From Balanoglossus misakiensis (lineage: Eukaryota > Animalia > Hemichordata), in contig CM082581.2 of assembly GCA_040954595.2 (NCBI GenBank), positions 4,146,699 through 4,210,698 of the forward strand: DNA of 64,000 nt, given 5' to 3'. Positions 1 to 11,406 of this stretch are shown here, piece after piece (position 1 is the stretch's first letter; each line of letters opens with the position of its first letter). The notes under the pieces were generated by a model. The model saw nothing but the letters and a program-made list of their open reading frames with translations. It did no database searches and was not told the DNA's origin. The position numbers were made by a program, and so were the translations under genes.

Positions 1-828
1 GTGATGAATTTTACTGGGATTTTACAGGATCACAGTGGAAACTCAATGGGACAAGAATCACCTGCAATTCATGTACATCTTTTTCAAAGCTACGTACGTT
101 TCTCATCAAAGACGACTTGAGGGAACATAGAGTTTCAGAAAGCTGATTGTCTGACTATAGTTGATTTAAAAGAAAGTTAACCATGATTTAGACAAACTCA
201 TTTTTGTAAATGATGGCATTTATAGGAATTTAACTTCGAGGGTGGATCTGGATGTCGCTAAATGGTCATTCAAAACAGGAGCTTATATGGGACAATCCCA
301 CTATTTTATTTCTGTTACCCGTTGCCGTTCCTCGTCGACAGTGCTCGTATGATCGATGTTTAAAAACGATGACAATTATTCTGAGACACATTTAAATTGG
401 CGTTTTTACCCGCTGTTGATAATTTATCGAGAAACGTATGGAAAAAAGTGTAGGAGTTTTTAGATATTCCGGTCAATTCTGAGTCAAGTTATACTCGTTG
501 AACTTTCGGAAATATTTGTAGTATGGTTAAAAAGTAAAAGGGAAATATTCATGTCAAGTGGACATGTCAACATTTAATAAAAAAAGACACTTTGATGGTT
601 GGTCTCGTTTTTGACGAAAACGCGTTTCCTTGTCTGCCAGAAAAGTTTACAACTGTAAACATAATCACCACAACGAAATATATAATTAAATCAGTTTCAT
701 AGAGTCTAGAGATGAGATTGTGTGTAAGCGCATGGGGTAAGAAAGAGTCAGTTGAATTATCGGCGAGGTGAAAGACCGGTTGAAGAACAGGTTCCAAGAC
801 AGACAACACCATACAGACCAAACAGATA

Positions 829-920
829 AGACTGGAAAACCCGTCGCTCGAGGGCGCTCGCTGACCCCCCCCCCCCCTCTTTTGCGCGCACTGGAATAGC
901 CATCGTTCGAGGGCGCTCCA
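829..920 (+). repeat. Dispersed repeat family D fragment
   Basis: agactggaaaacccgtcgctcgagggcgctc matches the reverse complement of 8203-8232 (gagccccctcgaacgacggattttccagtct), with an internal second unit (atcgttcgagggcgctc) near 902. Confidence 0.55.
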
Positions 921-1416
921 CGTCCACCGGGATGGATCGGTAGACAACTGAAACTGTGCATGTTTTTACGTCTGTTCAGTTTGCTTTCCAGTCAGTTTAT
1001 TTACCGTATTCAAAAAAATGCAAGTCGTATCTGTAGTGTGTTGGAAACGTAGACCGTAGGTCTATTTAGCCCGGCCCGACTCCACGAAGTGAGACGTCAA
1101 TGTTCTTGGCAAAATGGGCATGTCCTTGAAACTGCTCGCATGCGTGTTTTCAAAGCTTCATCCGAAATAGCGTTTTCGGCCAATATACGGCAATGCTCGA
1201 ACTCAACGGATGATGGAGCCATTTAAATAAAGACTAAGTTTTTTTTTAAATCTCGGAGCTACTATTGATTTATATTTATATCCAACGTCAAAGTCCAACA
1301 CAGATTATGAGATGGTTACAAAGTGGGGGTTTGCTTGTTACTATCTCTGCGTCTCGTGGTGGCTGAAACTCAACATTATCGTTGAGGGCGCTAACACTAT
1401 CGGGAATGTTCACAAA

Positions 1417-1665
<249 letters not shown>

Positions 1666-3146
1666 TCCCCCCCCCCTTCTTATGGAGGCGAACTCTTTTA
1701 AAGCATCTCGTAATAAATTCCGGAGTCGCAGGAGCTTTATTCTCCTCATGTGAATGAAATTCAGGCGGAATTCCTTTATAATGATATTGCGTCCTCTCCA
1801 TGGAGAAAGGGACTGTCGCTTTTACGTCCTTAGTTCCCCTTCCGCGAAGAGTTTTAGTGGAAATGTCGAGTAGTATTAAGAAACGGCTTTTAATGATTTA
1901 CGTGAGGGTGGAGGTTTTTCAAAATCTTTTTGTCCACATCCGCCAATTACCGGTAAGACATGCACTGATATTCGTGCAGCCACGGAGCCGCGCTTTCTTT
2001 ACTGGAATACAACCACCCCGGTTGTAGGAAATACGAACACCTATTTTGAGTTATCCTGTATTTCTGCATCGATTGGCAAACGCTCAGATGTTTGTGTGCT
2101 ATAATTGGCGTTGTCGTGACACACAAAACATTGAAATTTTGCATCATCAAAGTCGCAAACTTTTTGGGGCGTCTTCCAAGGAATCCATTCATATATCGTA
2201 AGGCTCCTAAAGCCTACACGTTTCTTTCATGGACTTGACTTTGTTCTGTGTGCTTTGTTGATTTCTGCGCCGTAGAGTAGTGTATTGTTTTGTTTGCTTT
2301 GGCCATGCATGTTAATGTGATATTTGACTCACAAACTTTGGAATATGGATGGGAATGATTGCAATTAATCAACTGCATGACAGAGAAAGGTGCCTTGGTG
2401 AACTGTCGGACGCAATGTGAGTTTAGAAGACATAAAATGCAGAACTATATTTTAACTTCTCAATGGACACATTTATTTGTTTTGAAACAAAAAATACTGT
2501 TTTAAAAAAATCATTATAATACTTTTGAAAAATCCACAGACAACTAAAATAACCACCAGCAAAGCGCTTTAGAACTTCACAAATCGATTAATTTTGTGAA
2601 TATCTGAAGTATTGTCAATTGAGATTCTCACACACTTGAATTTCTGATAATTTATAGGTACACCGTGTTTCAGTTTTAATCATTACACTCATTTTGTAGG
2701 AAAACGTGTCTTTCTCATAATCATCAGTCCACGACTTGGCAGCAGCGTTAAAAGATCAGAAGTAACCAAAGTCGTTCAAGTCATTGTATTATTATAGACG
2801 CATCTCTCCAATTCTGTGTCCAATGAATAAAGCATGTTAAAAACACACCTTCATAATTGGCTCGTATTTTGGCCGCATATTCCGCCACCAAGGATTTTTG
2901 CGACTGATACAAATCAGCTTTTAGTGTCCCCAAGTTCAAACGTCAAGCAATTAATTCCAACATTAATATTTGGTTAAAAAAACATGTTTCGTGGATAGAG
3001 CTGCTTAACTTTGGCAAGGCATAGTTACTTATAAAATCGTCGCATGCTTGCTTTCAGCAAAGCTAACGTGGCCATTAAAATTGTTATGTTTTGATTATTC
3101 ATCGACTGAATGTTTGTGTAGAGATGCAAAATTGAATCTTTTTGTT

Positions 3147-5689
3147 TCACTTGTCTTTCGGATTATCTTTGCTGACACCATCTTTTGCAGTTTCATCTTC
3201 TTCCAAAGCATCTTCCTCCGTATGATCAATGACGTCATCTCCTGCACTGTCAGATTTATCTGTTTCAATCGATGGAGAGTCTTCTTCAGTTGGGTTGGAT
3301 GGTGGCGCGCCAGAAGTTGTCGCGTCTTTCTTATCTTCTGGCTTGAAGTCTTTATCTTCACCCTCGACTGTTTCTGGATCGGGATCTATGGGTCCAGCCT
3401 CTCTGATTTTGGTCAAAAGGCTGGCAAAGACCTCCTCTTTCGGTTTGGGTTTCTCATCCGGGGTAAGTGGTTCCATGTCGCGTATTTTATCGGAAAGGTC
3501 CGCTTCCCAACTACGGGAGGGCGGCTCTCTGACTCTGTCCGCCAGCTGATTGTAGAAATACGTCTTTGCTCTCGCGATGGATGTGGCTGTTCCGTATATG
3601 GAGAATTGATCGTCGTTCTCCTGCTTGACATACACGTCTGACATATTGGTCTGGGTGTCCCGGGCCGCCTTTTGCAGTTTTTCTGGATCCGTGATTCTTT
3701 CCGGTGCGTGCAGGTCGTATTTCTGGATGGTGTGGAATGTGCTCTCGTAGAGTGAAACGAACCGTTGTTTGGCGCTGCGAATCTGCATCGGTTTGGTGTC
3801 GTCAGACGACGGGACGATTCTGACAGACGTGATTGTTTTTCCGTCGTCACATTTGAGTTCCACTTTGCATTCATCTTGGAGTTTCTTCAAAAGCTCCACG
3901 TGTGCCATCTTCAGGTAGTTGTAGACATCGGCGTCAACCTGGAGGTTTGGTATGTTATCTGCCTCACTGTCCTCCACATCATCTCCGACGTCTTCCATCA
4001 TCATCGCCATCATCACCGGGTTACTCATGATATCACTTTCTTCTCGTCCAGACATCGCCGCATATTCATCATGTCTTTCGGATGCATACGCTGCGGCTTC
4101 TAACTCAGGTTTCCCAATGGAGCCAGTCCATTCGCCTCGAGCTCCACGACGAGTCGAGGCGTCAGAACCCGATGATGGGTTAAAAGGCAATTTCCAGTCA
4201 CCGTCGTCTTCACCCGTTGCCATGTGTCGCCAAATCCTGGAAGATATATCTTCAGAAGGAGCAGCGCCCTCTTTCGACTTTGGCGACTGCCCTTGAGATT
4301 CGCCGAGACCGCTCCGATTTTCTAGAAACACGCGGGCCGCCTCAATTTGAAACCAGGTCCCCCTGACAGCGTAACATTTCTGACCGTCTAATTCCGTCTC
4401 CAGACAAGACAACCCATACTGCCACTGCAGTGCGTGTCGTGCCCCTGGTATCCCATCGACTAAATCACGTTTGATTTCTGCAGTTATTCTGTGAAAAACC
4501 TATAAACAAATGAAAATAAAAAACCGGATAAACTTCGGAGTGAATAAAGCATTAGTACTGGGGAAACTGAATCCGTGGGACTTGATGGTTTGATTTCGGA
4601 GTATACCACTTCTGACGTGCGTGTTTGGTGTCTGTGTTTCGGAGTGGTTCACTAACGTTTGGTATTGTTTCAGCACGCTGTCTCGCAAAGTGACTCCACC
4701 AACATTGCCCCCCCCCCCCGCTCCGCAGTCACTTAAAGGTACACGGTCACCTCCAATTGACATATGTCCATAAATGGCAAAAATAGCGTATCTGAGTGTT
4801 CTAAAGAACAAATGGTGGCGCTCTTTTTTCGCGTGTGCCACCGTACCCCTGAAAATCTGTGATTGGCTAGATCTCAGTTTGCCATGGTAACTGTAGTTAA
4901 ATTTGCATAGGTGACCGTATATGTCACCCGTAATATGGTGGGGACGTAGCTGGACGCATTTCCTTTTGAATCGTGACAGGAATAGGGATCGCTGTATGAT
5001 AAGAGCATAAGTGTTTGTAAAATATTAACGTCAAATTCCTTACTTGTTCGCGCAGAGGTCGTGTCCCCAGATGAACACCGCCAAACTTTTGAGGCGTCTC
5101 CAGCACCCGTTTAGCAACTGTATTAAGCAAAACAGAGAAAGAAATTGATTTAATACTTCCGTGTGCCGTTCTTTCGTCTTAATTTATGCCTCAAGCGAAA
5201 CTATACGTTCTAATTAACTATAGCATATCACCATTATACCACTCAACCATAGCAACAGGTTTAAATGTGTCAATGACATGTATGAACACAGACCGATGCG
5301 CGAGGCCACTGCTTTTACAACTACAGAACTTCCGGGTATGTCGTTATGCACACGGCAATATTAGCGCAAAACACTCCCGGGAAAACACTACGGCGTCGAT
5401 TCCAAGAATTCAATTCAGAAACGAAAGGAAAAACAAACACGTTTATTAAAGCCTGGCCAGCGGATTTATTCGTAAACCAACAATTTTCACGAATGCGTCC
5501 CAATCTCTCACCTTCAGGTGTCTCGAACGTGATGACTGCAAAGTCCGCTGTAGGTGTACCCGTTACTGGGTAGATCAAACTAGCCACGTCCCCTCCACCA
5601 TTTCGGCGCTTTTGGAAGTGAATCTCCAGTTCGTCTCTTGTTGCATGGGACGGTATCCCGGAAACAAGAATGCTGCGTTTGTCCGACAT
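3147..5689 (-). CDS. RBM43/PARP14-like protein (about 534 aa): N-terminal RRM, KH-like segments and an acidic disordered tail. Coding exons 5512-5689, 5044-5117, 3147-4499
   Basis: ATG at 5689 (MSDKRSILVSGIP...LEIHFQKRRNGGGDV...IYP...AVITFETPE) matches the 'HFQ..NGGGDV..YP..A.ITF' RRM typical of PARP14/RBM43/NMI-IFI35 proteins. Splice sites are canonical and in phase: G|gtgag at 5511, acag|TT at 5117 (phase 1), CAA|gtaagg at 5043, tttatag|GTT at 4499 (phase 0, VFHRITAEI, cf. RBM43 IFSSVNAIL). Exon 3 is a 451-codon open frame with KH-like segments (VDADVYNYLK...AKQRFVSLY; FSIYGTATSIARAK). Confidence 0.85.
4733..4921 (+). mobile_element. MITE family A, copy 1 (in intron 2 of the RBM43-like gene)
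   Basis: Starts TTAAAGGTACACGGTCACCT and ends AGGTGACCGTATA (terminal inverted repeat). Clearly alignable to 8620-8811 and to the reverse complement of 41483-41650. Confidence 0.8.
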
Positions 5690-8174
5690 CTCCGAAGCGC
5701 TAAGGCAAAATTTCGTGATCGCTAGGAACACTGCGCGGCTAATATTACTAATGAGAAGCTTGCGAGACACGGCCTTATACTGAGGTCAAAAGTCACCTTA
5801 AGCATTCACCTCAAAACGGCACTGGTTGTGGTACAGTCAATCCAAACCAAGTATGCGTATACGTACGTATACAGCTTAGGTTTCCCACAATGCATTTCGT
5901 GAAGAAGGTGCCCCCTATAAATATAATATGACAGTTGACACGGTGATTTACCTGCTGCGTCAGCTAAATATGTATGCAGGCACGCTAAAGCAGAGAAGCG
6001 AGACCAGAGGACTAAATGGTAGACAGGGGAGGGGCATGTACAGTGTGGTGACAGGTCGACTGTATATGAATCTCGTACGAGAGATTTCTGTAACCTGTTA
6101 GAAAGTCTATCGCCTCTCCATATTAAATGCAAATATTTGCTAGAGGTGGTGAAGTTAAGAGATGAGTTTTGAGAAAATGATTACTTATTACTGGATGAGC
6201 ATGAACGACGGACGGGCCAATTGAATTAAAGCACCACTTCTCGCAGATACTGCCCTAGTTCTGGATTTTCTAACACGAAAACACACATTATCCTGTGTAT
6301 TGCTCTGAATATTTGCTTCGGTTTCATAACTTGCGTGAATGTTTTTAGTTTAGTAGCTCTTGTATAAAGTCTACCAAGACCGAGTGATATCGACAATCAA
6401 TGAATTTGATTATTTAGTAATAACGGATTTCCCATATCTGATAGGAGGCGCTCTTACAGACTGGAGGGGCCTGTCTGTCTGCATTTCGCCCAAATTTGGA
6501 GAAATCGTCATAAGGCTTATGAAAAACTGGACCTACCCTAGTCGAGTCATAATTCTAAAATATTAACAAAAGAAGAACTTCCGACCTCCCCACCCTATTT
6601 CTAGAGTGCATGTTACAGGAAACGCGCCTATTACCTTTCTTTAAATTTGCAGGGGCCAGATATTCCCCACTGTTTTGTAAAGCTATTCTCTGGAAATTAT
6701 TCTCTGCTCAAAACCAAGGTATTAAAATAAAACCAGCACGATTTATCCTTCAACAAACTGTCTCCCTGTGGGTTGAAAACTGAAAGCAGGGCTCGAAATC
6801 TCCTACAAATGAGGGTTGCTAGGGTAGTATCTGTTACATCTCGATACTAAGACACAGACAGCAAAACAACAAAAAAGTCCAAATTCCATGATACAACAGT
6901 CAAGATGAATGGTTTTCTCGATAAAAATATGACCCCGAAGCGCTACGACCCAGTACCTCCGTCATGCAGTGGAGATACAAAGACCAGTCAAGAATTCCTT
7001 TGTGTATCGTACACTATGGGAGCTGTGCAAGAAGCCCAAGGCTGTTGTATAGTGCAATAGTGTGGGTGAAACCTTATATGCGGTGTTGTGGACCTTGCAT
7101 TTGGTGGCTGCAGGGTTTGACAACTTTTCGCAATTAAATTGAAGCCGGCGTTGCAAGCAATTTTGCAACTACTAATGCAGACACATCTGTACATATATGT
7201 AGACATATACAGACAGACATGGCAGATTAAATTATGTCACCTGAGTTAATAGAAATAAAAACCTTTGTTCAAATGATCGATTTTACTATTACGAACCCCG
7301 TTATCTTTGCCAGTCTTTCGCAATGTTTCAAATTCTGAAAGAGTTGAAAGAGTTTTTGAGATACCACTTAACAGAACTGTTATGTGCAAACATGCAGAAA
7401 CAGTATTCCTCTTTCTTTATAAACATTCCCCTCATGTACAATATCGTACCTTCACACATCGGATATTTCAAATCAAAAATGTGATAAGCTGACCGAGGCG
7501 ATAAAGCTTGGACAAGTAAGACCATGCACATCAATTTGTCTTAGCTTTTCAAGAAAATACACCAAGCCCATTCTTCTGGGAGTCTTAGAAATTGAACATT
7601 TCATATCTTGAACAATATCGACGCCGATATGGGATGATATGTGTGTTATAGACGAGACGGAACGTGTGTTAACTATGCTCGCTGGACTTGGCTAGATAAA
7701 GGCATTGATCATCCACTCGGTAAATCAGATGTACGGATTGGCCCACTCACATCTCTACCTAAGGGTTTAACCAAGCACTGTCTGCAACACTACGTGCCGA
7801 ACCTGTTATTTATTGGGGTCATAAGGGGACGGGCATAAATTGTGTTTGCACAATCAAAACACGACTGTAACCAGGAGACAATCTGGCCGCGGCGATACCA
7901 AATGTTCGTCGAAAATTCGGGTAAAGAGAGGACAGAAGCTTCCGCGAGTTACCGATTATGATCACGGTCACTTCACACAGTGTTATGATATATCAATTCG
8001 TTATTTTCTGCTATATCTCGTAATGTAGTGCCTTACAATTCGCCATCGAAAGTCGAGTTGCGACAGAGATGACAGGCAGATTCAGATATGTACTCAGACG
8101 AGCCATTCCATAGTGGGTGATATCGACGTCATTGCCCTATTGTGTGAATGGAATCTCTTGTAGTTCAAATCAGG

Positions 8175-8232
8175 TCTGGACTAGAGGAGGGGAGTCACAG
8201 GGAGCCCCCTCGAACGACGGATTTTCCAGTCT
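8175..8232 (-). repeat. Dispersed repeat family D fragment (inverted)
   Basis: Its reverse complement, tagactggaaaatccgtcgttcgagggggctcc, aligns with 829-860. Confidence 0.55.
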
Positions 8233-8619
8233 AAGATCACGTCTTACACAATTTGCTTTACGAAAGCTGCCTTCGTACTTCAACAGACTTAAGCTTGCAA
8301 AAAGTATGTTGACACTGTTGCAAATGATATTACTACAGTCACGTTACAAAAGAAAATCCTTGACACTTGAGAAGCAATCACCAAGTTTTACCTGTAAATA
8401 ACTACTTTATAAAAAATATATATATTATATTTATTTTTTAAACATTGGATCCAAACTGTAACAAAACATGTTAATTTCTCCTAATAAAACAGCTATGACT
8501 ACTATTATTGTTGTTTATCGCGATAAATGCACAGAAGAAAAAACAGTCATTATAATATACTTTTAAAATATTGCCAGTTATGAAAAAACTTAAGGTGTTT
8601 ATACTGATTATGTGCAGTC

Positions 8620-8811
8620 TTAAAGGTAATACAGTCACCTCCAATTTACATACGACCATATTTGGCTGAAATGGTGTATTTGAGCGTTCTAAAGAACATA
8701 TGGTGGCGCTTTTTTTCGCATGTGCCACCCACTGAAAATCTGTGGTTGGCTAGATCTCAATTTGCCCTGGTAACTATATATACTTTTCCATAGGTGACCG
8801 TATACTTTTAA
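8620..8811 (+). mobile_element. MITE family A, copy 2; TTAA-flanked (Kolobok/piggyBac-type ends)
   Basis: TTAA-AGGTAATACAGTCACCT ... AGGTGACCGTATACTT-TTAA, with a shared core ttctaaagaacatatggtggcgc...ctgaaaatctgt..ttggctagatctca. Confidence 0.85.
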
Positions 8812-9031
8812 TGTTGATAACGAACTCTACACATCACCGATATCTGTTGCTATGAAATTGACACTCAGCTGCCTTCATATGAAAACGAAGTCTCAATTGC
8901 TTTCAACATTGTCAACGACATACGGAACACGGAGTTTGTAAAACCAAAACTGGTAGACACCTTGGCACTTCAGTTACAAAGGTCTCCTTATCTTTTACCA
9001 CATCGCTCTCCATAGAAATGAGATGCGCATA

Positions 9032-9970
9032 TCACACAGGCCATTTCTTCCGAGCCATTTTTCTTTTTCTGTGTGACAATTTCATGGCTCGAAGTTTTCC
9101 AGCCGTGCTCATTCTGGCTGTCTGTTTGGTGTCAGACACGACTCTGCTCTGCTTAACGACAGTAGTGGGAACTCGAACAACTAGTCTATGTTGCTGTCGT
9201 CTCCGTCTTTTGCCCGTTGTGCTCATTCTTGCTGTGCGTTTGACGTAGTGCTTCAGTTTTGCATCTGACGCGGTGTTTTTCTGAATATCTCCTCCTCCTC
9301 TTGTGGGACCGGAATCTGTCGTTTGTAGTCGTGACGACAATGTCTTCGCTGCACTCGACTGCTGGCCAATACGGACTTCACCCGGTAACTGTTACATTGC
9401 ACAGGCGAGAAACAGAGATAGAAACAATCAGACGCACACATATCGAACGGAAAGATGTAGAGGGCAGTACCATACTTGTAGGTGGGAAAACACTGACACA
9501 CACAGGCGGACGGACGATATACTTCAAAATTAAGAAAATAAAACCAGGCAAACGACATGTCTTACCTTCCATGATTCCTGTAGAAGAGGGCGAACGTTAA
9601 TCACTTGCCCATTAATCAAATGCTTTGACGATTTTGTTTCTACAGCAGCTGTAATAAAAAACACACCTGTAATTTTGTAAACAGTTTCGATTCACAACAA
9701 TACATGTAGCAAAACAACTATTAGTAGACGCTTTCAAGTGTTACATGTGATGTGCTCTCGGTATCAGCCGCATAAACTGTCTGAAACAATATACTTACTG
9801 TCTTCATTGGAAAACGTGATCACGGCAGTATCTTTTTCTTCCAGGTCCAGTGGATAAATGATATTAGTGACTTGGCCATTTTGAAGGCCTACTTCCTGGA
9901 AGTGCGTTTGCAGTTGTTGGGATGTAGTGTGTGGCGGGATATTGCTCACAACAACACAACGATTCAACAT
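9032..9970 (-). CDS. RRM paralog (about 203 aa) with a basic C-terminal tail carrying two histone H3 tail mimics (K9->M). Coding exons 9799-9970, 9566-9648, 9032-9388
   Basis: Exon 1 (MLNRCVVVSNIPP...LQTHFQ...NGQVTNIIYP...AVITFSNED) is homologous to exon 1 of the 3147-5689 gene. Donor A|gtaagt at 9798, acceptor tttattacag|CT at 9648 (phase 1), donor AAG|gtaaga at 9565, acceptor taacag|TTA at 9388 (phase 0), joining the open frame that ends at the stop at 9032-9034. Intron positions and phases match the paralog. An acceptor (ttttctacag) just before the ATG implies an upstream exon. Confidence 0.75.
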
Positions 9971-11337
9971 CTCTGTAGAAAAAGGGCAGAGAAATCTTAC
10001 ACGATGTAAAACTCGAAATGAAGCTGATGAAATTTAGTTGAATACAATCAGTATCTAAAAACACCACTTTTAATGATTTATCTGTTGAGAAAAGGGATAA
10101 CACAGGATTAAAGGAAGTTGGCAGGATCGAGATATCATATCTAGGCCTACACTTCATCTAGGTTTACAAAATCAGATTAGGCCGCACCGGTTTCTGTTTA
10201 ATAGTTTTTAAAACAGATCCACTAATGACCGTTTCAACTGAAGCTATCACCCGGGCGTTCACGACCTTTTGATGGATGTAGGTCAGTTCGGCAGCATATA
10301 TTTGCTGTTCAGAGTTCGACTGCGTTAATAGTTGGCTAGCCAGCGTCATAGACAATCTAGGGTATGTCATTGCTGAGAACAATGGATTTCCATTGACTTG
10401 ACTTCTAAAACATCAGCTGCACATCGCACCGGATTCCGCACGACCCATGGAAACCCATCGCAGATCTTAACAACCAACAATCAAGGGGAAAACCGGGGGA
10501 ATCCAGTTTCTTGACCCTGTTGTGACTCCACCCGCCCCCTTCACATAAACCACCGTGCACGGCGCATTACAAGAAGAGAGCGAACCTGAGCGAGAACGAC
10601 CTCAAAATTGAGACGATTTGGCGAGGCATACCTCAGAATCGCGTGTTCATGGCGCTGTGCACTCTCCCCGGGTAACTTTCGTGCTGAAACGCATCAATTC
10701 CTCCAGGTCGCCAAGCTGATGCAACGTTTGTTCAATTCACAAACTTCCTCGTCACACAACGAAAAACATGCAGATTCGAGTGCGTGTGTGTGGTGAGCTT
10801 CACGTACGGATAGTCCATGACGTCATGCATTTCCATTTAGGTCATTCGTTACCAGAAGTGCCGTTTAAGGTTACTATACGCATGCTCGATAGAATTTACT
10901 GATTCACACGTTGTATTTCCGCGATAATTCTAACCGATATAAAAATCGCGTTTTGAAAAACACAACGCAAGAACATCAGGTATAATCAGCATGCAGCACC
11001 CGCGTGCGAAATATAACTACATGTCGTGTCACTGAACTTAGGATAGAGGGCGCACGAACAGAAAGAACACCTCATAATGATGTCGGTCACAACTTGGTCT
11101 CCCTACTTTTTCAGGCTCACTCCCTTTTGTAATTTGTTTCTTCTGATCAATACTATAAATTCTAACGTTGATCACGCCGCACAGTTTCTTCAGATTCCGT
11201 AGTTTACCTGTCTTGTACACGGGCTTCTAGTTCTACATGTACAAGTAAATGGTATGCACCATGTACCAATATGCTCATACTTTTGTGAGAGGGTGGGCGT
11301 GCGCACGTCTTTAGATTTTCTTTCCTTTATTTATAGC

Positions 11338-11406
11338 AGAGTAAAAATCTCGCCAAAATGAATAAATGGTAAACACAAATTATTCATTTTGGCGAGATTT
11401 TACTCT
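11338..11406. repeat. Short inverted repeat / hairpin (about 27-bp arms)
   Basis: agagtaaaaatctcgccaaaatgaataa ... ttattcattttggcgagattttactct. Confidence 0.75.

Noticed and set aside
1700-2220. GC-richer, coding-looking segment
   Set aside because: Stops in all frames and no recognisable family; possibly a decayed element.
3048-4296. Plus-strand ORFs overlapping the RBM43-like exon (and similar shadow ORFs over the GPCR and NHL exons)
   Set aside because: Antisense or alternate-frame shadows of real coding exons.
5690-5770. N-terminal extension of the RRM ORF from a GTG start
   Set aside because: Non-ATG start in a eukaryote; the ATG at 5689 immediately precedes the RRM.
9032-9388. Histone H3 gene or pseudogene
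   Set aside because: No histone-fold sequence follows. The H3-like motifs are internal, duplicated and in frame with spliced RRM exons, so mimicry fits better.
10484-10510. NF-kB-like GGGGAAAACC / GGGGAATCC motifs near the H3-mimic gene
   Set aside because: Imperfect consensus matches that are expected by chance.
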